Shown in pieces: positions 10,081-19,131 of a DNA stretch of 64,000 bases. Every line of letters begins with the position of its first letter. Within the stretch, counting starts at the first letter, position 1. The stretch comes from Candidatus Cloacimonadales bacterium (GTDB lineage: Bacteria > Cloacimonadota > Cloacimonadia > Cloacimonadales > JAFGVF01). The notes beneath the pieces are model-generated. The model was not told the origin of the DNA. It saw only the letters and a list, made by a program, of their open reading frames with translations, and did not search any database. The position numbers and the translations under genes were made by a program. The stretch lies in the NCBI GenBank assembly GCA_963677495.2, contig CAXXOU010000004.1, forward strand, positions 1,184,001 through 1,248,000. The letters run 5' to 3'.

Positions 10081-10244
10081 TACTATAGTTATGAAGAGAG
10101 ATGTAATCGTTATAATGATCTTAGTTATACCTTCAGCAAGAAAGTCCTAAGGACAATTTAAAAGCTGAAGAGAAAATTAAACCTTTACATAAGTAACTTC
10201 AAAGTTAAATTTGCTAAACATAGAAATTCTACAAAGGAGAAATA

Positions 10245-12107
10245 ATGAAAGAGGGAAAACGTAGTAATTTCAGCATGGGGATAAAAAGGTTTATAGCGTT
10301 TCTTATTGATGCAGCTTTAATCTACTTAGTCTATATTTTAATCTCTTTACCAAACTTTGTAAGTGGGATGAACAGTCCTGATGCTTTTAAATCATTAAGT
10401 GATTCAATTGGTGCAACATCTGTAATCATCATTCTACTTCCACTAATGTACACAACACTGCTGTGGAGTATGGCAGGAGCAACAGTTGGTATGTTGGCAA
10501 CCAGAATACGAGTCATAGATGTAAGGAGTGGCAGAAAACCACGACTTTACATTGCTTTATGGAAATATCTATTATCATTTGTATCCTGGTTCTCAATTGC
10601 AATTGGACATATCTGGATGCTTTGGGATCCGCAGAAGCAGACACTAGCTGATAAAGGCTCCAAGACCTATGTAGTTTCAAAAGTAGAGAGAACTGAAGGT
10701 GCTTTTCAACACTTTGTCGGCGATACTAGTCGATGGACACTTGGTAAGATTATTCTTATTGTTTCAACGCTGATCGCATCCTTTGTTGTCTATTCATATC
10801 ATCAGGATTATCCATTGTTACCGGAAGTTGTTGATTGTTTAAAGGATTATAAACCAGATACAAATCCTGACAATAATGGTTACTATTCTTACATTGCATT
10901 TGGTGTAGAACCTGAGATGAATTCTCATGAGATGGGTATAAAGATAGTTAAGTCTATCAACAGTGTACTCATTGATTCACTAGCATTGGCAGATATGCAA
11001 GCTCAAGCTATGATTGTGAAAAGACATCAGTTCATTGATAACGGTTTACCGATTGATGTAAATGATATACTCATTGCTGAAGATGATAAATACATTGAAA
11101 CAATGAGAAAAAACAAAGATGTGATTACAAAAAACTATAAGCAATACAGTTACTTATACGATAGATACGTAGATTTATCTAAGTATGCATCTTTCAGAAA
11201 GAAGCTTGTCCCCCATTTCTTATACCCATCTATTAATCCAATGAGCTTGGTTACCTACCAAAGACTATTCTCTGCTAACATGGTGAATGAATATATTAGT
11301 GGCAACAGAGCAAAGAGTATTGAGCTAATGAAACAGGGTTATGCAACAACTACTAATATTCTTTATAATAGTGATACATTGATGATGAAACTTGTTGGCT
11401 CAATAATCTATTTTATTCACACTAATGCTTCTAACAAGTTGATTGGATACACAGATAAGATAGACTCAGGACTTTACGATTATATTTTAAGTTTAGAGGA
11501 ACCGGGATTAGATAAAATAAGTCTTCGTAAGGCATATGAAACAGAGTTTATCTTTAAGATCGTGTCAAGTCTGTTTATGATGGATAACGTTTCTGATGTT
11601 TGGGATGATTATGTGATTACACCTGAAGAGTTGAATCTTAACTCATCATCACAATATAAGATGAATGCCGTTGCTAATCATGACTATCTATTCACCAGAC
11701 ATTTAGCTGACTATTCAGAACTACCATATCATGAGTGTCCTGATAAATCTACTGAAGAGTTCACTCCTAAATTCTCTAAGTTCGAATATATTAACAACCT
11801 TATGGGAATGATACTTATCCAAGTTCAAACAAGTAAAGCTACATCAAACTATAATAAATACAGTATTAAAGTTAGAGACACTGCAATATCTACCAGGTTA
11901 CAAAAAGTAGCTGTTATGATTAAACGAAACAGACCCAAAGATGTGAAGGCATATCTTGCTAAACTACCTGCTGAACTGCAAAACCCATATATTCAAAAGC
12001 CATTTAAATGGGATAATGAAACGGGAACAGTTTATTTTGAAGGTCCAGCACATCAATCACAGAAAGCAATAAGATCAATAAAAACAGGATATATTTCTGA
12101 ATCATAA
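10245..12107 (+). CDS. RDD-family membrane protein fused to a large extracytoplasmic domain
   Basis: KRFIAFLID, GATVGMLATRIRVI, WDPQKQTLADK..T.VV RDD motifs, then a TM helix and about 430 aa. Confidence 0.8.
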   Translation: MKEGKRSNFSMGIKRFIAFLIDAALIYLVYILISLPNFVSGMNSPDAFKSLSDSIGATSVIIILLPLMYTTLLWSMAGATVGMLATRIRVIDVRSGRKPRLYIALWKYLLSFVSWFSIAIGHIWMLWDPQKQTLADKGSKTYVVSKVERTEGAFQHFVGDTSRWTLGKIILIVSTLIASFVVYSYHQDYPLLPEVVDCLKDYKPDTNPDNNGYYSYIAFGVEPEMNSHEMGIKIVKSINSVLIDSLALADMQAQAMIVKRHQFIDNGLPIDVNDILIAEDDKYIETMRKNKDVITKNYKQYSYLYDRYVDLSKYASFRKKLVPHFLYPSINPMSLVTYQRLFSANMVNEYISGNRAKSIELMKQGYATTTNILYNSDTLMMKLVGSIIYFIHTNASNKLIGYTDKIDSGLYDYILSLEEPGLDKISLRKAYETEFIFKIVSSLFMMDNVSDVWDDYVITPEELNLNSSSQYKMNAVANHDYLFTRHLADYSELPYHECPDKSTEEFTPKFSKFEYINNLMGMILIQVQTSKATSNYNKYSIKVRDTAISTRLQKVAVMIKRNRPKDVKAYLAKLPAELQNPYIQKPFKWDNETGTVYFEGPAHQSQKAIRSIKTGYISES

Positions 12108-12181
12108 CTTGCAGATGTTTTTGATTGACTTAAACTATCTCAAAGCGTAAATGACATAAAATAATATTCTACGGAGGAACA

Positions 12182-12586
12182 ATGAAAATAGCTAATTATA
12201 AAGACATAGAACTTGAAAATGTCAATGTCGAAGGTGCAGTAAACACAAAGATTCGTTGGATGATTGCCCAGAAAGATGGAGCTCCTAACTTTGCACTCAG
12301 AATGTTTGAAGTAGAAGCAGGTGGAAACACTCCTTATCACAAACATGCTTGGGAACATGAAGTGTTTGTACTCGAAGGTGAAGGTGAGTTTGTAACAGAA
12401 CGTGGTTCTCAGAAGTTCGGTACTTGGGATACAATCTATGTTGATCCTAATATGTATCATCAGTTCAAGAACGTTGGTGATTCAATGATGCGTTTCTTAT
12501 GCATAATCCCTCACCCTGAACAGGAAGCACCAAAGAAGAAAGAAGTTAAAAACCCATTTGCTGCCGGTGTAGCAAATAACTGCTAA
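12182..12586 (+). CDS. Cupin-domain protein
   Basis: FALRMFEV, TPYHKHAWEHEVFVLEGEG, HQFKN. Confidence 0.88.
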   Translation: MKIANYKDIELENVNVEGAVNTKIRWMIAQKDGAPNFALRMFEVEAGGNTPYHKHAWEHEVFVLEGEGEFVTERGSQKFGTWDTIYVDPNMYHQFKNVGDSMMRFLCIIPHPEQEAPKKKEVKNPFAAGVANNC

Positions 12587-12594
12587 ACAGATTT

Positions 12595-12622
12595 GAGAGG
12601 TTCCCAAGTGGAACCTCTCTTT
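12595..12622 (+). terminator. Probable intrinsic terminator
   Basis: GAGAGGTTCC-CAAGT-GGAACCTCTC followed by TTT. Confidence 0.7.
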
Positions 12623-12700
12623 ATATATTAATACACGGAAGACTGATTCTTCCAATTAACTTAGTTTACGGCATTTATATTAATACAATTTGGAGATAAA

Positions 12701-13762
12701 ATGAAAGCTCAACACAAAACATTCTTTAAAAACCTTGTTACATCATACAGTCCATCAGGATATGAGAAACCGGCTCAGAAAGTTTACTATGACTATGTAA
12801 AGAAATTTGCGGATAACGTAGAAGTTGATGTAAACGGAAACGTTATTGCTCATAAGAAAGGCAAAGGTAAGTTCTCTGTTATGCTTGTAGGTCACGCTGA
12901 TGAAATTGGTTTAATGGTTAGCCATATTAGTGAAGATGGCTATATCTATTGTAAACAGATTGGTGGTATTGATGCATCAATCCTCCCTGCTCTTCGCATG
13001 AATATACATCACGAAGGTAAAATCGTAAGAGCGATTGCAGGACGTAAAGCAGCTCATATGATTAAGGGTGACGAAGGCAAAGTAAAGCTTAACGATATCT
13101 GGTTTGATATTGGTGCTAAAGATAAGAAAGAAGCTTTAAAGCGTGTTTCAATTGGTGATATTGTTACTTATAATGCAGACTATGAAGTTCTCAATGGTGA
13201 CCTTATTGCCACAAAGGCAACAGACAACAAAGCCGGTGTATTCGTAGCCGGTGTTGTTCAAGAGCTTTTAGTAAAAGATAATACTTATGCAGATGTATAT
13301 AGTGTTGCATCTGTGAAAGAGGAGATTGGTGGTTATGGAGCACAAACAAGCTCACATAGAATCGATCCTGATCTTGCACTTGTTTTTGATGTAACCTTTA
13401 CATCTGACCATCCTGGTGTAGATAAGAAAGTTTACGGTGACATTGCTCTTGGTGATGGTCCTGTGTTATGCTTAGGTGCTAACATAAATGATAAAGCTTT
13501 AGCTCTTCTTAAAGAAACTGCAAAAGAGTGCAAAATTCCGGTACAGTATGAAATCTCTACCATGAGAACCGGTACAGATCTTGATTCTATCTTCTCAAAC
13601 AAGAATGGAATCCCATCTGCACTTATTAGTATACCAAACAGATATATGCACAGTCCAAATGAAGTTGTTAGTCTTAAAGATCTTGAGAACGCCGCAAAAC
13701 TAACTGCTGAGTTCATAAAGAAGATCGATGCAAAATTTGATCTTTACCCATTCAAATTCTAA
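12701..13762 (+). CDS. M42-family aminopeptidase
   Basis: SPSGYE, GHADEIG, KATDNKAG, KEEIG, FDVT, IPNRYMHSPNEVV. Confidence 0.9.
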   Translation: MKAQHKTFFKNLVTSYSPSGYEKPAQKVYYDYVKKFADNVEVDVNGNVIAHKKGKGKFSVMLVGHADEIGLMVSHISEDGYIYCKQIGGIDASILPALRMNIHHEGKIVRAIAGRKAAHMIKGDEGKVKLNDIWFDIGAKDKKEALKRVSIGDIVTYNADYEVLNGDLIATKATDNKAGVFVAGVVQELLVKDNTYADVYSVASVKEEIGGYGAQTSSHRIDPDLALVFDVTFTSDHPGVDKKVYGDIALGDGPVLCLGANINDKALALLKETAKECKIPVQYEISTMRTGTDLDSIFSNKNGIPSALISIPNRYMHSPNEVVSLKDLENAAKLTAEFIKKIDAKFDLYPFKF

Positions 13763-13774
13763 GGAGTGTAGAAC

Positions 13775-14539
13775 TTGATAGAAGTTACAAATCTAACTAA
13801 AGAGTTTAAGCAGAAGAACGGAGAGGTTCAACGGGCAGTTGATTCTCTCAGTTTCACTGCTAAAGATAGTGAAACTGTATGCTTGTTAGGAGTCAATGGT
13901 GCCGGAAAGACAACAACCATGAGAGTTTTGTCTACTATCTTGCATCCAACTTCCGGTACTGCTTCCATTCAGGGTTATGATATCCTTACTGATGGACAGA
14001 AAGTGCGTGAGAATCTTGGCTTTCTTTCAGGTGATACAGGACTCTACAATCGTCTGAGAGTGAAGGAATTCTTGAACTATTTTGCTTCACTTTACGATGT
14101 TCCCAAAGATACAGCTAATCGTAGAATCGCAGAGATGGCACAGATGCTTGATATGGAATCATTCTTAGATAAGAAGATAGAGTTTCTTTCAACTGGTATG
14201 AAACAGAAGGTATCGATTGTGCGATCCATTATTCATGATCCACCTGTAATGATTTTTGATGAGCCTACATCCGGTCTTGATATTCTCACAGCGAGAAACA
14301 TCGTTGCCTTTATGCGCAGGTCGCGTGAACAAGGAAAATGTGTTCTGTTTTCAACTCATATTATGAGAGAAGCTGAGAGATTAGCTGATAGAATAGTTAT
14401 GATTCATAAAGGCAAAAAGCTAGCAGAAGGTACACTTGAAGAGTTGCAAGACAATAGTTCTATGAAGTATCTTGATGATATCTTTGTACATTTTGTTAAC
14501 CAAGTAGAAGAAGAGGAAATTGAACAACATGAATTTTAA
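13775..14539 (+). CDS. ABC transporter ATP-binding protein (NatA-like)
   Basis: GVNGAGKTT Walker A, LSTGMKQK, IFDEPTSGLD, STH. Confidence 0.9.
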   Translation: MIEVTNLTKEFKQKNGEVQRAVDSLSFTAKDSETVCLLGVNGAGKTTTMRVLSTILHPTSGTASIQGYDILTDGQKVRENLGFLSGDTGLYNRLRVKEFLNYFASLYDVPKDTANRRIAEMAQMLDMESFLDKKIEFLSTGMKQKVSIVRSIIHDPPVMIFDEPTSGLDILTARNIVAFMRRSREQGKCVLFSTHIMREAERLADRIVMIHKGKKLAEGTLEELQDNSSMKYLDDIFVHFVNQVEEEEIEQHEF

Positions 14540-16550
14540 TAAAGTTGGAGCTATTTTTAAGAAAGAGATATTGGAAGTAGTCCGCGATAAAAGAACCATG
14601 TTCACTGTGATTCTTCTTCCAATGATACTGTACCCACTCCTATTCATTGGTGTAAGTTCGATTATGATGCGCCAGACTGTGAAGATTGAAGAGAAGGGTG
14701 CAAATGTAAATGTTGTGTGGGATATTGACCCATCTAATCAAGCTGATTTGGATATTATTTTAAATGAACTAAAAGCCCAGGAAGCTTTGCGCATAACGAC
14801 AATGCCATCTGATTATGAGTTCCCTGCAGATGCTAAACCTGATGCTACTATCACGATTCGTGATAGCTTAACAGCATCTAATACTTATGTATTTATAACA
14901 AGCACTGAGTATGATAATACTAAAGATAGTAGTGAGATGGGTTTTGGAAAGATTAGTTCTGCCTTTAAAGCAGCTGAGAAGCTTATTACTACAAAGCGTC
15001 TTGCTGAAATTGGCATTGGCGATGAATATCTCAATCTGATAATTACTAAGAGTAAATCTACAGCTAGTACAACACGAGTTTATGGCAAAGTTGCAGGTAG
15101 TTTCCTACCTTACATCCTGATGATGTTTATTGTAAGTGGTGGTGCTGTTGTTGCAACTGACCTGATAGCAGGTGAGAAAGAGCGTAAGACATTAGAGACT
15201 CTACTCATTAGTGCAGCAAAGCGGAATGAGATTGTTTTAGCTAAATATCTTACGATTATGGCAATGTCTGCTCTAAATGTCGTAGTGAACCTATTCAGTT
15301 TATCTATTTCAATGAAATATATTATGGCAAGCTCGGGATTAGATAGTAGTACTATAAGCATTCCGTTCATTAACTTTGTTTATATACTTATCGCATTGTT
15401 GCCGTTGATAACACTGTTCTCTGCCCTACTTCTTTCAATATCTACATTCGCTCGTAATATTAAAGAAGCGAAGAGCTATGAGTCACCACTCATGATGTTA
15501 GCAATGTTCTCAGGTATGGTATCAATGTTCCCCGGTATTGAAATGAACACGGGACTTGCTATGATTCCAGTTGTAAACGTAGCTCTTTTAATGAAAGAGA
15601 TATTAATGGGTGATTTTATTCTTTCGCATTTCTTGGCAACTGTAGGTTCCATTCTTGTATTGGATATCATCGCTATCATATTAACTGTGAAGCTCTTTAA
15701 CTCTGAAGGTATTCTCTTCAGAACAGAGGAGGAAACCAACCTTAAGAGCATTAAGAAGGATAAGAAGAACTTCTTCTCCCCTATGTTTGGAATTATCTAT
15801 TATACAATAGCTTTATTAGCTTTCTACTATTTAGGTGGTTACTGGCAAGGTAAAGACGTTATTTCAGGCTTAATGCGAACACAGGTGTTCATCATTCTGC
15901 TTCCTCCTTTCTTGCTTACAAGAATACTTAAAATGAATCCTAAGGAAATATTCAGACAGAACAAGACAAAAGCAGTAAACTTTGGTTTAGTTCTCTTAGG
16001 AGCTTTGCCATTAGCGATTGCAGCATCTTCATTAGCACAACTTGTTAACATGATCTATCCAATTCCTGCTGAGTATTTAGAGAAGCTTGCAGGAATAATA
16101 TCTATGCAAGATAGAAGTTTGTTGTATACTGTGTTTATTATAGGTGTACTACCGGGAGTTTGTGAAGAGATGATGTTCCGTGGTTTCATTACTCGCTTCT
16201 TTGAGAATGGTAAACCTTGGACCCCAATCTTGATTACTGCTGCACTGTTTGCAATATATCACCTTGATCCGTTTAGATTACTTTCAACTTTCTTATTAGG
16301 TATCTACATGGGTTATCTGTTGTACAAAACAGGCAGTATTTACGTACCAATTCTAGCTCATGCCTTAAACAACAGTATCGCTGTTCTGTTTACTAGAGCA
16401 GATGAGCTCACATTCCTGAAACCTTTGATTAGTGATGAAGGAGAAATCAAAACATTCTTGATTCCGATAGCTTTCTTAATTGTAGCAGGTGTTATATACA
16501 TGTTTATTAAAATGAACCCACCTTTAAAGGAATCTATGAAGATAGAATAA
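14529..16550 (+). CDS. NatB-like ABC-2 permease fused to a CPBP (Abi/CAAX) intramembrane protease
   Basis: KKEILEVVRDKRT, AGEKERKTLETLL; C-terminal EEMMFRG, FAIYH, HALNN. Confidence 0.88.
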   Translation: MNFNKVGAIFKKEILEVVRDKRTMFTVILLPMILYPLLFIGVSSIMMRQTVKIEEKGANVNVVWDIDPSNQADLDIILNELKAQEALRITTMPSDYEFPADAKPDATITIRDSLTASNTYVFITSTEYDNTKDSSEMGFGKISSAFKAAEKLITTKRLAEIGIGDEYLNLIITKSKSTASTTRVYGKVAGSFLPYILMMFIVSGGAVVATDLIAGEKERKTLETLLISAAKRNEIVLAKYLTIMAMSALNVVVNLFSLSISMKYIMASSGLDSSTISIPFINFVYILIALLPLITLFSALLLSISTFARNIKEAKSYESPLMMLAMFSGMVSMFPGIEMNTGLAMIPVVNVALLMKEILMGDFILSHFLATVGSILVLDIIAIILTVKLFNSEGILFRTEEETNLKSIKKDKKNFFSPMFGIIYYTIALLAFYYLGGYWQGKDVISGLMRTQVFIILLPPFLLTRILKMNPKEIFRQNKTKAVNFGLVLLGALPLAIAASSLAQLVNMIYPIPAEYLEKLAGIISMQDRSLLYTVFIIGVLPGVCEEMMFRGFITRFFENGKPWTPILITAALFAIYHLDPFRLLSTFLLGIYMGYLLYKTGSIYVPILAHALNNSIAVLFTRADELTFLKPLISDEGEIKTFLIPIAFLIVAGVIYMFIKMNPPLKESMKIE

Positions 16551-16560
16551 CTTTATATAT

Positions 16561-16592
16561 AAAAGGGGCTATCTAATCAGATAGCCCCTTTT
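16561..16592. terminator. Bidirectional intrinsic terminator
   Basis: AAAAGGGGCTATCT-AATC-AGATAGCCCCTTTT between convergent genes. Confidence 0.9.
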
Positions 16593-16604
16593 CTACTATA
16601 TAAA

Positions 16605-17072
16605 TCATAGAGTTAGCAATTTTTTCTCATCTCCCAACCAGGCATACTTAACCTCTCCCACAAAGATTGTGTGGTCTCCTGATCTTACCTGCGAGACAAG
16701 CTCACACTCAAAGTTAGCAACAGCATTCTTCAGAATAGGCACCTTTCTATATCTACCTGGAAAGTATGGTTCGTTTATCTCTTTTAGCTTATCAATATCG
16801 CGCCCTGATTTACTTCCGCATATCTTAACAGCTTCTATCATCTCTGTAGAGGGATAGCAAAGATTAAAGCTCTTTGTGTTCTGTAAGCACTCATAACTAT
16901 AACGTGTATGTCCGATGGAGATTGCCAACATAGGAGGATTTATAGATGTCCGCATAAACCATTCTAATGTGATTAGGTTATGTTTTCCTTCCGGGGTTTC
17001 CATAATTGCCATTGTCACTGTGTTCATGAATTTTGTTTGCTTCCAAACCTCTATAAAGTCTTTCCTATTCAT
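16605..17072 (-). CDS. Flavin reductase-like protein
   Basis: SINPPMLAISI, CGSKSGRDIDK, FECEL..GDHTIFVGEV. Confidence 0.88.
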   Translation of the reverse strand: MNRKDFIEVWKQTKFMNTVTMAIMETPEGKHNLITLEWFMRTSINPPMLAISIGHTRYSYECLQNTKSFNLCYPSTEMIEAVKICGSKSGRDIDKLKEINEPYFPGRYRKVPILKNAVANFECELVSQVRSGDHTIFVGEVKYAWLGDEKKLLTL

Positions 17073-17082
17073 TTGTTGCTCC

Positions 17083-18513
17083 TTATCTTCCGTTTAGGCA
17101 CCTTTTGTCTCTAAAGTTTCTGAATTCCCATTTGTAGATTAGGGATTTAAACATGCAACCGGCATCAATCTCAGGTCTACGAGAAATATATATCAAGAAC
17201 CAAGTAACAAGTACGAGTCCTTTAGCTACACTTGACATACTTATGCTCCACCATACTCCATTTAAACCAAGTAACTCTGGAGTTGCTATTAGTAATGCTA
17301 ATGGTACACGAGATCCTGTAAAGAAAATACTCACAAGTGATGGTGGCAATGTCTTTCCTAGTCCATTGAAAGCCCCGGCAGTAGTGATTTCCAAGCACAT
17401 AAAGAGCTGTGATAATCCCAATATTTTGAGATACACTGTACCAATCCTAAGAGCTTCCTCTTCAGGTATAAACAGGTTAAACAGAAATCTACCACCAAAG
17501 ATAAATAACAGCATTGCAAAAACACCAACAGATGCAGAAATGCCAAGGGTAGTGAAATATCCTTTCCAGATACGCTCCCAGTTCTTAGCTCCATAGTTCT
17601 GCCCTACAAATGCACTTAACGCTGTTGAGAAACCACTCGCTGTCATCCAAGAGATAGCTTCTAACTGAGTACCAACCTTCTGGGCTGCTATTGGAACCGG
17701 TCCCCATTGTGCTACAATTCTTGCTAAGAACATAGCAAAGATAGTGAAGAGTCCACTTTGTACGGCAACCGGTGAACCAAATCCAAAGATGGTCTTCCAA
17801 TACTTGAATTCAGGCAGATTGAATACTTTTATCTCTTTTACAGGTGCATTCTTACTTTTGAATAGCACAACGTAAATCAAAGAAACAACTAACTGCGCAA
17901 AGACAGTTGCAATCGCTGCACCTGCAATGCCAAGTTTTGGGAAAGGACCTACACCGAAAATGAGGATAGGGTCTAAAACTATGTTTATAATAAGTCCAAC
18001 GCTATTTACCCAAAACGGTGTTCTGCTATCCCCCATTCCATTATATATACCGGAAAAGACCGGGTTAATGAATGAGAATACCATACCGGGAAGCACTATG
18101 CTAATATATAGAATTGCATCATTGATTACTTGCTGATCACCAAGTTTAAAGAAACCTATAAGTTCCTCTTTAAAGAACCAGATTGTGATTGTATATATAA
18201 GTCCTAAAAGAAGATTTATCTGTATCGCGTTACGAGCGAATGAACGCACTGCATTTATATCTTTCTTTCCTACTGATTGTGCGACCCCCACCTCAGCACC
18301 AACTTTTGAGATGAGTATCAATGAGAAACCAAACCAGGTTAAAAAACCTGCAGTACCAACAGATGCAACAGCATTACTGCCTAATCTACCCAGCCACATC
18401 ATATCGGTCATGTTGTAAGCCATTTGAACAAGTGATGTCCCCATGATTGGTAGAGCTAGCATAATGAGTGCTCTTAGGATTGAACCTTGTGTTAAATCAC
18501 GTTTTGGTGCCAT
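17083..18513 (-). CDS. MATE efflux transporter
   Basis: DLTQGSI, LALPIMG..YNMTDM..GRLG, NIVLDPILIFG, GQNYGA; about 12 TM segments. Confidence 0.92.
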   Translation of the reverse strand: MAPKRDLTQGSILRALIMLALPIMGTSLVQMAYNMTDMMWLGRLGSNAVASVGTAGFLTWFGFSLILISKVGAEVGVAQSVGKKDINAVRSFARNAIQINLLLGLIYTITIWFFKEELIGFFKLGDQQVINDAILYISIVLPGMVFSFINPVFSGIYNGMGDSRTPFWVNSVGLIINIVLDPILIFGVGPFPKLGIAGAAIATVFAQLVVSLIYVVLFKSKNAPVKEIKVFNLPEFKYWKTIFGFGSPVAVQSGLFTIFAMFLARIVAQWGPVPIAAQKVGTQLEAISWMTASGFSTALSAFVGQNYGAKNWERIWKGYFTTLGISASVGVFAMLLFIFGGRFLFNLFIPEEEALRIGTVYLKILGLSQLFMCLEITTAGAFNGLGKTLPPSLVSIFFTGSRVPLALLIATPELLGLNGVWWSISMSSVAKGLVLVTWFLIYISRRPEIDAGCMFKSLIYKWEFRNFRDKRCLNGR

Positions 18514-18666
18514 TATTACCTTCTTTTAAATCTATTTATTTCAGAAACTCATCAACTCCTTTTTTAGCAACATTTCTGTCAATGACAAGCTTTTTATATT
18601 TTATAGCAACCTTCCAATCTATCTCATGGTCATTATCATTACCTTAAAGCAACCACTCTACCAAAA

Positions 18667-19040
18667 CACAGCCTTCCCACTGTTTTCCCACTGTGCACGC
18701 ACTGTGCACGCAGTGAAACAGTGGGTTAGCAGTGCCTTCACAGTGCGTGCACAGTGCAGACACAGTGGGTTGATTGAAAGAGCAGTAAAAGTGAGTTAAA
18801 AGGGCATTAAGTATAGCTAAGTTGTTGAAAATGGCACTGCGTATGATATTCTGAAGCTGTCACCATTGCGACCATCGGGAGTTCGGGGAATTGCGACTTC
18901 GAAGTACATTCAGTAAGTCCGTTGCTTTATCAAGCCGACAAACTCCCTGAAATGCGGTAAGTCATTGCAAAAGGCACTGTGTATGTCACCCTGAGCGGAA
19001 TGAACGCAATGAAATGAAGTGAATGCACGGAAGGTGCACT
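18667..19040. repeat. Family B composite element (11-bp-phased CACTG/CAGTG arms plus hairpin modules)
   Basis: CACTG at 18678/18689/18700, CAGTG at 18719/18730/18741/18752/18763; closely similar copy at 55243-55620. Confidence 0.9.
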
Positions 19041-19083
19041 TTAAAACCCACCCCATCAAACAATCAAAAATGCAGACATATAC

Positions 19084-19111
19084 AAAAGAGACCGGTTAAA
19101 TCCGGTCTCTT
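19084..19111 (-). terminator. Intrinsic terminator
   Basis: AAGAGACCGG-loop-CCGGTCTCTT stem with a U-tract on the minus strand. Confidence 0.8.
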
Positions 19112-19131
19112 GAATATAGAAGCGTTAAAGC

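Noticed and set aside
18910..18945. tracrRNA-like AGTCCGTT..TATCAA string in module W
   Set aside because: The match is very short, with no anti-repeat and no cas9; likely chance.
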